DNA of 63,978 nucleotides, counting the filler, from Octopus bimaculoides (Eukaryota): the NCBI RefSeq assembly GCF_001194135.2. It is 7 parts of 7 records of this genome, joined end to end, with 100 filler letters (N's around TTAATTAATTAA, not from the genome) between each part and the next. Parts side by side here need not be neighbours in the genome. Positions count along the whole stretch, not along the records: positions 44,236 to 58,169 come from NC_068981.1; positions 58,270 to 60,204 come from NW_026374289.1; positions 60,305 to 62,780 come from NC_068985.1; 4 more parts are not named here. One strand, 5' to 3'. Under the pieces are notes generated by a model, which saw only the letters and a program-made list of their open reading frames with translations, did no database searches and was not told where the DNA came from. The first letter of the stretch is position 1. Every line of letters starts with the position of its first letter. Position numbers and translations under genes: made by a program. Below, one piece after another: positions 51,263 through 62,880 of the stretch.

Positions 51263-52060
51263 ACACTAAAGCACTGGTATTCCGTCGGTTACGACGACGA
51301 TGGTTCCAGCTTTGATCCGATCAACGGAGCAGTCCGCTCTTGAAATTAACGTGCAAGTGGCTGAGAAACTCCACAGCCACACGTATCCTTAATTTAGTTC
51401 TCAGGGAGATTCAGCATGATAAAGAATGTGAAAGGGCTGGCCCTTTGAAATATAGGTACAGCTCATTTTTGCTGGTTAATTGCACCGGAGCAACGTGAAA
51501 TAAAGCGTCTTGCTGAAGGAAATAACGAGTCGCCGGATATCGAACTCACAACCTTAAGATTGTGAGCAGAATACCCTAGCAACTAAGCCACGAGCCTTCA
51601 CACTAAAGCACTAATCGTAGTGGCACTCCGTCGGTTGCGACGACGAGGGTTCCAGTTGATCCGATCAACGGAACAGCCTGCTCATGAAATTAACGTGCAA
51701 GTGGCTGAGCACTCCACAGACACGTGTACCCTTAACGTTGTTCTCAGGGAGATTCAGCGTGATACAGAGTGTGACAAGACTTGCCCTTTGAAATACAGGT
51801 ACGACAGAAACATGAAGAAAGAATGAGAGAAAGTTGTGGTGAAAGAGTACAGCAGGGTTCGCCACCGTCCCCTGTCGGAACCTCGTGGTGCNNNNNNNNN
51901 NGAGTACAGCAGGGTTCGCCACCGTCCCCTGTCGGAACCTCGTGGTGCTTTAGGTGTTTTCGCTTAATAAACACTCGCAGCTTCCGGTATGGGAATCGAA
52001 ACTGCGATCCTACGACCGCGAGTCCGCTACCCTAACCACGGGGCCATTGCGCCTCCACAT
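51263..52060 (-). mobile_element. SINE chain: family C (51276-51599, with TSD), partial family C (51618-51800), another tRNA-SINE (51840-52060)
   Basis: Heads GTGAAGGCTCGTGGCTTAGTTG.. and GTGGAGGCGCAATGGCCCGTGGTTAGGG..GTTTCGATTCCC. ACACTAAAGCACT is repeated at 51263-75 and 51600-12. Confidence 0.88.
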
Positions 52061-52962
52061 CAACACCAAGAAGAGCAGCAAGTACAATAATAGCGGCAGC
52101 AGTAACGTAAACGTCAACAATATCGATATTCCAATAATCAATCACTAACGTTTGTTTCCTCCTGAACCCGCTTCGGAGTCCCAGCACACAAATCTATAGT
52201 GCTCCCACCAACGCCTTGCAGAACAAGTCGCAGGCTTATTGTTGGTTGTATCGACATTGGGCAGAAACTGCAATATATTTTCCGAGCGGCCCAGTCTACC
52301 CAAGGCCCGAACGCCTCTCTTGTTCCACTGTATGATGGACTATGCTGTATGGTTATTTCCTTCGAACTTTCTTCATACTGCAGCTTTTGAGGGCCTTATT
52401 CACGCCGGGCCCCAAGCTGGTATTTACATTGAATCCGTGATGGGTTGTGCTGGCATTGTGCAGAGACTGCTATACATTTCGAACGAGCTCCTCTAAGATC
52501 CAAGCGCTACCCTCGTTAACCCACGCAACGGTCGATGCAGAATGCTTATCCTTTCGGACACACATTGCAGATCTTAGTGGTTCTATAATACCTGTAATTC
52601 CAAATATAACAACAGCGGCACCAACAATAAGAATAACTACAACAAAAACGACAAACCAACAATAGCCGGAGCAGCAGGGATGACAACGGCAACTGGATGC
52701 AAGACATAACTAAGTAAACACAACAGTTGTGACAACAACAACAAATGGTTGTAAGACGAGACTAAGTAAACTTTATTTCATGACTGTATAATAGGAGAAA
52801 GTTGTGTAGGTCGTGTAAGATAAAGACGGGATTAAGAAAACATGTAACACCATTCCTTAGTGTAAGCCTCGGTGATATATATATATATATATATATAGAT
52901 AGATAGATAGATAGATATNNNNNNNNNNNNNNNNNNNNNNNNNNNNNNNNNNNNNNNATAAA

Positions 52963-53245
52963 TACAGGGTGTCCCAAAAGTCACTGATGGGTTTCAATTT
53001 TTAATAACTTCCTTAACTCTACAAAAAAAATGCATGAAATTTTGATGCAATATAAAGGACATAATGAAATTTTACAACACCACTATATCCCCTATGAAAA
53101 ATGAAATCGCTTAAATGGCAGCCATTTTCGGCTTCGCACTCCCATGCTCTTTCCAAAACTTGCACCATGAAACCCTCAAGAGTTTCAGACCCCACTTTTC
53201 TGATTTCTCTATTGATGTTCTCCTTCAGTTGCATCAGTTTGCATC
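52963..53245 (-). mobile_element. Tc1/mariner-superfamily transposon 3' end with TIR
   Basis: TA-CAGGGTGTCCCAAAA terminus. LMQLKENINREIRKVGSETLEGFMVQVLERAWECEAENGCHLSDFIFH fits the transposase C-terminus (LKxNIxxEI....RxxxCxxxNGxHL). Confidence 0.75.
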
Positions 53246-53570
53246 AGATCGCGCAGTTTGTGGCATATCATACCATGATCCACTTTATCAAAAGCTTTGG
53301 CAAAGCCAATGTATATTACGTCCACATTTGAATTGTTGAGCCTCAACACTCAGTCATAGTGCTGTAAAAGCCGGGTTAGGCAGCTCCTACCTGGGGATCA
53401 CTCAGCAAGTCGTTTTCTTCAAAGAATGCGATTAGTTTCCCTCTGACCATTCGTTCCATGACTTAGCTGATGTGTGAAGTCAGAGAGACAGGCCTATAAT
53501 TTTTGTCATCTGCTCTACTTCCTCTTTTATGGATTGGGAATATTAATCCTTCCTTCTGTGTGCTTCTATA
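53246..53570 (-). mobile_element. CR1/L2-group LINE RT fragment
   Basis: KEGLIFPIHKRGSRADDKNYRPVSLTSHIS*VMERMVRGKL..VDVIYIGFAKAFDKVDHGMICHKLRDL. Confidence 0.88.
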
Positions 53571-53699
53571 AACACACGCACGCATATATGTACACAAGCT
53601 TTTGCTCACGTGCGAGTGTTGTAACATCAGTGTAATAAAAAGGCAAAAGAAAACACGCAGAATTGATACGTAACAGGTGTCTTGAAGTTAAGTCAAAGA

Positions 53700-53955
53700 A
53701 TAAGATATTTATTTCTTTATTGCCCACAGGGAGGCGGGGGGCTAAACATAGAGGGGACAAACAAAGACAGACAAAGGGATTAAGTCGATTACATCGACCC
53801 CAGTGCGTAACTGGTACTTATTTAATCGACCCCGAAAGGATGAAAAGCAAAGTCGACTTCGGCGGAATTTGAACTCAGAACGAAATACCGGCAGACGAAA
53901 TACCGCTGAGCGTTTCGCCCTGCATCCTGGCGATTCTGCCAGCTGGCTGCCCTGT
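53700..53955 (-). mobile_element. SINE B with an alternative 3' tail
   Basis: Body as 26152-26361; tail TTTGTCCCCTCTATGTTTAGCCCC..CTGTGGGCAATAAAGAAAT. Confidence 0.88.
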
Positions 53956-54599
53956 TGGATATTAAATAAAATATTGATCAAGAAAAAACAAAGAAGCCAA
54001 ATATGTGAATACTTAGATGATGTAGTCCTCCACGTTTAGGAGAACCTCCAAAGAGTGCAAATCACGTAACTTTACAGATCCAAGGTCTCCCTGATTATCG
54101 AAGGGACATTACCCCACGCTCGACAGTTGCGCTCCAATCTACAGATGCACGTTCGGAATAGTTCAATTCGTGCTAATTCTATTCATTACAGTCACCCACT
54201 TAAAGGAGAGCACATCCCACTCCGCTCTCATTTCCCTTTCTAAATGGAACTGAAAAAAAAAGTCGATGAGGTCTTGACCGAAGTGGAAAATATCTGTCCT
54301 CAATCATTTCAGCCTCATCCATCACACAACCTCTTCCATCATAACCATTAAACAGCAACACCACCTACCATGTCTTTGTTAAAGGCGAGTGGTTGAGCAA
54401 TCCTCACAATGAACTCGGCCACTAGCCAGATTCGTCCTACATACAATAGCTGTCTAACAACATAAGTCAGTAATGCTCGGACACAGCACGAGTGCGTGCA
54501 GTAAGGCTTCGGTGCTCTGCGTGAATCTCGGGTAGTCTCGTCTGGCAGTATTCCTGTACCTTTAGACTTTATCTCAAACCGGCAGTGCCCCCTCAGTAG

Positions 54600-54825
54600 C
54601 AATGTATGTGTGTGTATTTGTGTGTGTGTGTGTGTGTGTGTCTATGTGTATGACCGGTGTCGGTCAAGTTATGTCCCTGTAACTTAGTCGTTCGGTAAAA
54701 AGAGACCGATAGAATAAGTACTAGACATTAAAAAAAATAAGTACGGAGTCGAGATGTTCGACTTAAAGCACTTCAAGATGGTGTCCCAGCATGGCCGCAG
54801 TCCAATGATTGAGACAAGTAGGAGA
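54600..54825 (+). mobile_element. SINE A 3' half
   Basis: (TG)n, then GTTCGGTAAAAAGAGACCGATAGAATAAGTAC..CCCAGCATGGCCGCAG. Confidence 0.82.
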
Positions 54826-55009
54826 GTAAATGAACCGAAAACCACGTGCTTACGAAACGACCTGTTTAGGACATAGCGATACCTGTGGTTAAATAAATAT
54901 TATTCACTGGTCGAAATGTATTCATTAACGTCTGCCAATTTGTTAATCATATTTCTATGAAATTATCATTTCTCTAAGTAGAAGCGATTTATCATGCGGG
55001 ATTCTAGCT

Positions 55010-55043
<34 letters not shown>

Positions 55044-55083
55044 ACGCTTATGTACATACATACACACATACATCGTATATATA

Positions 55084-55133
<50 letters not shown>

Positions 55134-55786
55134 TATACATGTATGTGTATGGATATATCTAAACATATACATACGCACACACACACACATACACACATGT
55201 ATGCAAATAGATATATATATAATATATATATTATATATACAAATATATATATACACATAGATATATGTATATATATATATACATATATATATATACATAC
55301 ACACATACATATATATACATACATAGATATATACACATACATACATACATACATACACACACGTACATACATACATAAAAGTCTCTATAACTAGATACAT
55401 TCGAATGTGAAATCAAGCGTAGTAAAACAATATCAGAACTTCTGTGAGAGTTGCGAGAGGTTACAGCCGCCATATTGAAACTGAAGTGAATGTCTTCATT
55501 GATTCGTGCGGTCGACATTGTGTTCAGAGGTTAAGTTCTGGCACATTAATCTTACCTCATTGCCAAATAACCTGATTAACTTCCTTAGCGAGGCATGCTT
55601 AACTTTGAAATACTGCTCGCTGCTTTCCCAATGTAAAACGTTCAATATGACGTATGAAACAGAAGATATGGCAGCGTTTTGGATAGAATTATGAGTATGT
55701 GTGTGTGTATGAATGGTAAATAGAGTTGGAGTTTGTGTGTATGTGTGTATATGTGCGTGTGATTGTGTGTTTGCGCGCGTGTATGT

Positions 55787-55827
<41 letters not shown>

Positions 55828-56219
55828 GAGCAAGCGTATAATGATACGAATAGAACAGACGGCAGAAAACAAATGAGAAAGGAGATTGAAAGACAGATAC
55901 AAAGAAGAGGATTTATGGAAGTGAAGGATGTAAAAATTCATTAGAACCCCGCACCCTAGCAAAATAACAATTTTAAGAATAAAGGAATGAAAGGATGGAA
56001 GAATAAGGGGCAGTTGGTGTGGAAAGGCTGTAAAAGATGTGTGGTAGAAATGGAGAGAAAGGGAAAAGAAATTAAGTGAAGAGCGAAGGAAGAGAGATAA
56101 ATGGTGAGACTGTGGAGGATCGAAAAATTAATTTATAAAATTAACCAATGAAAAAATACAGTCATTAGGCCGCACACGTACATCAACGGATATATATGTA
56201 CACCATCAACAGCGAGTCA

Positions 56220-56276
56220 TAAGAGTTTCTCCTGAAGATCGCAGTGGCGTGAAAGTTGAGTCAAGACGAACTCTTA
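56220..56276 (+). ncRNA. Decayed type I hammerhead motif
   Basis: TAAGAGTT/AACTCTTA 8-bp distal stem I; TCTC vs AAGA proximal; CTGAAGA 56232-38; T-CGC(AGTG)GCG-T; GAAAG; TTGA; GTC. Three substitutions from an ideal fold. Confidence 0.5.
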
Positions 56277-56489
56277 GTTTCAGTTTCAAACCGCTCTCTC
56301 TCTTTACCCTCTCCCTCTCTCTTTCCCTCTCTGTATATTTACAGGGTGACCCCAAAATTAGGTTTACTGTTATTCAACTATCACTTTCGCATTCATATAT
56401 TAGCAGTTTAGATCTTAATTATAAAATAATATGAAACCATTATTCTATGCTAATTTAGTTAGGCAGTATGTATGACTTAGTAGTTAAAA

Positions 56490-56780
56490 ATTGGTCCTCT
56501 GTCGGTTACGACGATGATTACTCCAGTTGATCCGATCAACGGAACAGCCTGGTCGTGAAATTAACGAGCAAGTGGCTGAGTACTCCACATACACGCGGAT
56601 ACAGAGTGTGACAAGGCTGGCCCTTTGAATTACAGGTACTACTCACTTTTGCCAGCTGAATGGACTGAAATAAAATGAAATAAAGCTTCTTGTTCAAGGA
56701 CACAACATACCACCGTGATTCGAACTCAGAGTCTTACGATTGTAAGCCGAATACCCTAACCACTAAGCCACGCACCTTCT
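56490..56780 (-). mobile_element. SINE C
   Basis: Matches 51276-51599. Confidence 0.88.
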
Positions 56781-56851
56781 CTACTGTGGTTAAGAGTTTC
56801 TCTATGCAATCACTTCTTACCAGAGGCGAACCGATTGCGTGCTGCTTTAGG

Positions 56852-57824
56852 TACCGCACATACTCGTATACTAGTCGATCTCATGTAAAAGACGACCCCT
56901 ATTTTGGGGCAAAAAATTGGGAATTTTCCATAGACCCCATATAAAAATCGACTCTAGTATTTCACGAATAAGAGGACAACATTTGTGGGTCAAAGTACCG
57001 TATTATTCTGTACGTAGAAATAACGCTGTTACAAAATTGTGTGGCTACCTTACTGTAGCCTGCTCTATAGGTGGAATGTTTGGTGCTTATAACGGAATGC
57101 TCGGTGCTTATAGTAAAACACCATTTAATAGCGAGCACTACACATCTGTTGATGGGTGCTACATCACCATTCCTAAAATGTATGCACAGGATATGCTGCA
57201 AGCCTGCATACATCTGAAAGCACAGTAAACACATGTGTCATACACTCGTTGTTCACATGGTGAGAAACACGTTTCACAGACAGCACTATTGGCAAACACT
57301 GGCAAACGCAACTCTCTGATTTCGTAGAAAGGCAGGACTTTGGTAAGCCTAAAGACATCCAACTAATCGCTAGACCAGTGGTAAACATGTGGCATTTATG
57401 TTTTCTTCATCTCCAAATACAGTAAACACATGCGTTATACACACGTTGTTTACATGATGAGGAACGTGTTTCACAGACAGTAATGTTTGTCAAACACTGA
57501 CAAACGCCACTGTCTGAATTCGTAGAAAGCAGGACTTTGGTAAGCCTAAAAACATCCAACTAATCGCTAGATCAATGTTCCCCATGCGACCATTATATTT
57601 TACTAGGACGTGTGATTTGATGCATAGAATTGGTAATATTACCGTAATTCATTGTTTTTCTTATTCGCTTAGAGATCAGCTGGGCTTCTGTTGCTGATAT
57701 GGTAATTCGGATTTTAGCTTGAATTTCAGCCCCTCAAAAGTAGTATCCATGTAACAGTCGACTTCATAAATTTGACCTTAAAAAATGGCCTAGAAAATCG
57801 ACTTTTACACAAGTGTATACGGTA
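56852..57824. mobile_element. Non-autonomous Tc1/mariner-superfamily (pogo/Tigger-like) element with TIRs and an internal 197-bp tandem duplication
   Basis: TA-CCGCACATACTCGTATACTAGTCGA ... TCGACTTTTACACAAGTGTATACGG-TA; internal direct repeats start at 57211 and 57408. Confidence 0.75.
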
Positions 57825-57929
57825 AGTGTTCACTGCTGAAGGTGTATGCAGAATAAAAATTTGTTGTAATTTTTGGAACGAAACTTGTGAGGAAACACGT
57901 ATTGTGCGTTTATCTTTTGCATTTTAGCT

Positions 57930-58110
57930 TTAATCTTTTATTTGTGTCAGTCACTGAACTACGGCCATGCTGGGACACCACCTTGGAGGGTTTTAATTGA
58001 CCAAATCGGTCCCAGTAATTATGTTCTATTTTTAAAGTCATACTTATTCCATCGGTCTTTTTCTAGAGATGCAAACAAACCAACTCCAGTTGCCCAGTGA
58101 AAAATAAACA
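57930..58110 (-). mobile_element. SINE A 3' half followed by (CA)n
   Basis: CGGCCATGCTGGGACACCACC..TACTTATTCCATCGGTCTTTT. Confidence 0.78.
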
Positions 58111-58113
58111 CAC

Positions 58114-58169
<56 letters not shown>

Positions 58170-58534
58170 NNNNNNNNNNNNNNNNNNNNNNNNNNNNNNN
58201 NNNNNNNNNNNNNTTAATTAATTAANNNNNNNNNNNNNNNNNNNNNNNNNNNNNNNNNNNNNNNNNNNNTATATATATATACGTACATATATATGTCTAT
58301 ATGTGCATATATGTATATATGTATATATATACATATATGTGTATATATACATACATACATACATACAAACATACATATATACATGTATATATGTGATCTT
58401 CTTCTAGCACATTAAATGTCCACTTTAGTGGTCATCGTTATATATAAACATATATACATATATACACATATAGACATATATATGTACGTATATATGCTAC
58501 TCTATCTCTTTCTCTTTCTCTTTCCTTTCTCCCC

Positions 58535-58660
58535 CCCCCTCGTTCTTCCTCTGTACTACTACGTATCTCGCCTTACCCCTCTTGTTCTTCCTCTGTACTA
58601 CTACGTATCTCGCCTTACCCCTCTTGTTCTTCCTCTGTTACTACTACGTATCTCCTTTTC
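58535..58660. repeat. 42-bp minisatellite, about 3 copies
   Basis: Unit CCTCTTGTTCTTCCTCTGTACTACTACGTATCTCGCCTTACC. Confidence 0.9.
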
Positions 58661-59689
58661 CCCCTCGTATTTCCTCTCTTTCTCTTTTCCTCTCGTTGCT
58701 CNNNNNNNNNNNNNNNNNNNNNNNNNNNNNNNNNNNNNNNNNNNNNNNNNNNNNNNNNNNNNNNNNNNNNNNNNNNNNNNNNNNNNNNNNNNNNNNNNNN
58801 NNNNNNNNNNNNNNNNNNNNNNNNNNNNNNNNNNNNNNNNNNNNNNNNNNNNNNNNNNNNNNNNNNNNNNNNNNNNNNNNNNNNNNNNNNNNNNNNNNNN
58901 NNNNNNNNNNNNNNNNNNNNNNNNNNNNNNNNNNNNNNNNNNNNNNNNNNNNNNNNNNNNNNNNNNNNNNNNNNNNNNNNNNNNNNNNNNNNNNNNNNNN
59001 NNNNNNNNNNNNNNNNNNNNNNNNNNNNNNNNNNNNNNNNNNNNNNNNNNNNNNNNNNNNNNNNNNNNNNNNNNNNNNNNNNNNNNNNNNNNNNNNNNNN
59101 NNNNNNNNNNNNNNNNNNNNNNNNNNNNNNNNNNNNNNNNNNNNNNNNNNNNNNNNNNNNNNNNNNNNNNNNNNNNNNNNNNNNNNNNNNNNNNNNNNNN
59201 NNNNNNNNNNNNNNNNNNNNNNNNNNNNNNNNNNNNNNNNNNNNNNNNNNNNNNNNNNNNNNNNNNNNNNNNNNNNNNNNNNNNNNNNNNNNNNNNNNNN
59301 NNNNNNNNNNNNNNNNNNNNNNNNNNNNNNNNNNNNNNNNNNNNNNNNNNNNNNNNNNNNNNNNNNNNNNNNNNNNNNNNNNNNNNNNNNNNNNNNNNNN
59401 NNNNNNNNNNNNNNNNNNNNNNNNNNNNNNNNNNNNNNNNNNNNNNNNNNNNNNNNNNNNNNNNNNNNNNNNNNNNNNNNNNNNNNNNNNNNNNNNNNNN
59501 NNNNNNNNNNNNNNNNNNNNNNNNNNNNNNNNNNNNNNNNNNNNNNNNNNNNNNNNNNNNNNNNNNNNNNNNNNNNNNNNNNNNNNNNNNNATTTTTCCT
59601 ATTTCAGACAGCAGTCCTGCTGGGACATTGCCTTGAAGAATTTTTTGATGGATGAATCGACACCACTGCTTATTTATATATAGAAAAAA

Positions 59690-60120
59690 TCAAACCTGGT
59701 ACTTATTCTGGCGGTCTCTTTTTCAAAACCGCTAAGTTGTGGATACGTAAACACACCAACGCTGGATGTTAAACGCTGGTGGGGGGACAAAGGCAAGCAC
59801 ACACGCATACACAAGCGCACGTTCATGTGAATATAGGTGTGACCGTGTGTGTTTCCATCTACCATGTCCACTCTCAAAGTTTTGGCCAGCCCGAGGATAC
59901 AGTAGATGATACTTGCCCAAGGTGTCACGTAATGGGACTGAACCCGGAACCATGTGGTTTGGAATCCTTTACTTGTTTCACTCATGCCTTTGTACAGCTT
60001 TATAGGATCCAGTCGAACAAATCGACCCAAGTACTTATTTTTGAAGCTTCAGATTTATTCTATCGATCTATTTTGCTGAACTGCTATTACGGGGACGTAA
60101 ACGAACTCACACCGAGACAA
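59690..60120 (-). mobile_element. Two tandem SINE A-related copies
   Basis: GGGACTGAACCCGGAACCATGTGG at about 59934-59958; a second tail TACTTGTTTCACTCAT..TTACGGGGACGTAAAC. Confidence 0.8.
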
Positions 60121-60304
60121 ACAATAACACAAAGATGCCTATACATAGATATACATACATAGATACATAAATACATACATAAATACATACATACATATAT
60201 ATATNNNNNNNNNNNNNNNNNNNNNNNNNNNNNNNNNNNNNNNNNNNNTTAATTAATTAANNNNNNNNNNNNNNNNNNNNNNNNNNNNNNNNNNNNNNNN
60301 NNNN

Positions 60305-60520
60305 GTCGAAAGCCATTTTGGGTATCACTCAGCAATTTATTTTCTTCAAGGAATGCGATCAGTTTTCCTCTGATTATCCTTTCCATGACTTTGCTGATGT
60401 GTGAAATCAAAGAGATAGGCCTATAGTTTTTGGCATCTGCTCTGCTTCCCCCTTTATGGATTGGGCATATTATTCCCTCCTTCAGCTTGCTTGGCAGTCT
60501 TCCGTTTGCGAGAAAGCTCT
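60305..60520 (-). mobile_element. CR1/L2-group LINE RT fragment, same family as 53246-53570
   Basis: LPSKLKEGIICPIHKGGSRADAKNYRPISLISHISKVMERIIRGKLIAFLEENKLLSDTQNGFR. Confidence 0.9.
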
Positions 60521-60539
60521 GGAAGAGGATCTGGAGGGG

Positions 60540-60660
60540 TTTTGCCAGAAACGTTAGCACGCCGGGCGAAATGCTTAGCGGTATTTCGTCTGCCGCTACG
60601 TTCTGAGTTCAAATTCCGCCGAGGTCAACTTTGCCTTTCATCCTTTCGGCGTCGATCAAA
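60540..60660 (+). mobile_element. SINE B 5' part
   Basis: GTTAGCACGCCGGGCGAAATGCTTAGCGG..GAGTTCAAATTCCGCCGAGG. Confidence 0.88.
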
Positions 60661-61694
60661 TATATATATATATTTGTGAGTGATTAGTTTTGTTTGTATT
60701 GTTAGTGAAGTGGGTGTGTTTGTGTGAGTGCGTTTATGTGACTTGTATTTGTCGGGGAGGTGTGTATATCATTGTGTGTATGCATGCTTGTGTGTATGTG
60801 TGTTTGTTGTGATTGTTGGGATTATATTGTGTATATGTGTGTGTGTTTGCGTCGGAGGTTTGCATTGTATTTGTGTGCGTGTGATTTTGTACATCTGTGT
60901 GTGTTTATTTTGGGTATGTACCTTACAGTATGTTGAGTTGGGGTCTGTATTTTTGAATAAAAATATTTTCCCTTTTTATTCGTGTTTGGTCCGTGGTGTT
61001 GTCCGGGAATTGGTATAGTGGAAAATCTNNNNNNNNNNNNNNNNNNNNNNNNNNNNNNNNNNNNNNNNNNNNNNNNNNNNNNNNNNNNNNNNNNNNNNNN
61101 NNNNNNNNNNNNNNNNNNNNNNNNNNNNNNNNNNNNNNNNNNNNNNNNNNNNNNNNNNNNNNNNNNNNNNNNNNNNNNNNNNNNNNNNNNNNNNNNNNNN
61201 NNNNNNNNNNNNNNNNNNNNNNNNNNNNNNNNNNNNNNNNNNNNNNNNNNNNNNNNNNNNNNNNNNNNNNNNNNNNNNNNNNNNNNNNNNNNNNNNNNNN
61301 NNNNNNNNNNNNNNNNNNNNNNNNNNNNNNNNNNNNNNNNNNNNNNNNNNNNNNNNNNNNNNNNNNNNNNNNNNNNNNNNNNNNNNNNNNNNNNNNNNNN
61401 NNNNNNNNNNNNNNNNNNNNNNNNNNNNNNNNNNNNNNNNNNNNNNNNNNNNNNNNNNNNNNNNNNNNNNNNNNNNNNNNNNNNNNNNNNNNNNNNNNNN
61501 NNNNNNNNNNNNNNNNNNNNNNNNNNNNNNNNNNNNNNNNNNNNNNNNNNNNNNNNNNNNNNNNNNNNNNNNNNNNNNNNNNNNNNNNNNNNNNNNNNNN
61601 NNNNNNNNNNNNNNNNNNNNNNNNNATAATGTAACCATGTGTGAATCGTTGGCGATTTTCTTCCTCCGTCTTCCCGTCTATTGGATTTTCCTCT

Positions 61695-61730
61695 GTTTCC
61701 GAAGAAGAGCATCTGCTCGAAACATTAAAC
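61695..61730 (+). ncRNA. Minimal loop-less (dimer-type) hammerhead motif within a Penelope-like terminal fragment (about 61626-61830)
   Basis: GTTT-CCGAAGA-A-GAGC(ATCT)GCTC-GAAAC-A-T-T-AAAC. Stem III would be the palindrome AACGTT with a single CpG-type change (AACATT). Confidence 0.6.
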
Positions 61731-61869
61731 CATCTTTCTTTCCCTGAGCGTCTGCTAATACTTTATATGTACCTCGACCTCGCGCTGTTGCATGTCTGCG
61801 TTTGTTCTTTTTGGAGATTTACTATATATATATATATCAAAATATATTGGACAAAATGTGCCATTGTAT

Positions 61870-62320
61870 CACTGACCCACGAATCCTTGTAAGGCTTTTG
61901 ATACTTTTGCTAGGGATGCAATTTGGATCCTTTTGAAAAGGTATGGATTCCCGGACAAATTTGATTAAATGATTAAGTTACTGCATAATGTTATGAAAGC
62001 TAGAATTATCTTTGGTCAGGCTCTTTCAGAATCCTTTGATTTTGAAAGTGGTGTGAAGTAGAGTAATCTTGATGCTACATCACTTTTCGCTAATTATTTT
62101 GAGACAACGCTATCCTTAGCTTTTCGGAACACTGAAGAGGGTATTAATATTAGCTTTCGTACAACTGGAAACCTCTTTAATCTCACTAGGATGAACTTTA
62201 AGAGCGAGGTCTTTAAATCTCTAATTTAACACTTTCCTTATGCTAATGGCTGTGACTCAGTATTTCACATTGAAATCAGTTTACAGAACCTGATCAAAGC
62301 CATGCATCCATCTGGTGCCC
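61870..62320 (+). mobile_element. RTE-clade LINE RT fragment
   Basis: KAFDTFARDAIWILLKRYGFPDKF..LSESFDFESGVK*..FRTTGNLFNLTRM..FPYANGC (decayed YADD). Confidence 0.85.
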
Positions 62321-62880
62321 CCAACGTTCTTTTATATTGCTTGTCAATATACAAACGGCTGATGGGGCTCTGTTTGTCAGAACCTTACAGTTGTCAATAT
62401 TTAGTGGTCGAACAAGAGGTATTAAGTATTGGATTTAACTTCTTAAAAAGGTAAACATTTCTTATTTTGGACAGCGAAATAGCAGAGAGATTGAACGGTT
62501 AAACAGAGGGCGCTCTACTCCTGCCTCTTCTCTTCTCACTTTTCCTCCTTTCACTCTTCCTACTGCTTCTCCTCATCCTCATCACCATCATCTCATCGTT
62601 ACTGTATTATGTGTTTCTTCATTTCATATTCATTCATTCATTCATTCTTTCTTTCGCTCTTTCGTTCTTTCGTTCTTTCTTTCTGTCTATTCTCGTTCTT
62701 TCTTTCAGTTTCCTTTGCCTCTGTCTTCCTTCCCAGCTCTTTATCTCTTTTATCAATTTCTTATAAAAATATTTTTACTCNNNNNNNNNNNNNNNNNNNN
62801 NNNNNNNNNNNNNNNNNNNNNNNNTTAATTAATTAANNNNNNNNNNNNNNNNNNNNNNNNNNNNNNNNNNNNNNNNNNNN

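Noticed and set aside
52140-52570. GC-richer unique-looking segments (also 54030-54600) as possible exons
   Set aside because: No recognisable protein motif or splice context in any frame; probably old decayed retroelements.
58535-58660. Regularly spaced repeats as a possible CRISPR array
   Set aside because: Contiguous tandem units with no unique spacers, in eukaryotic DNA.
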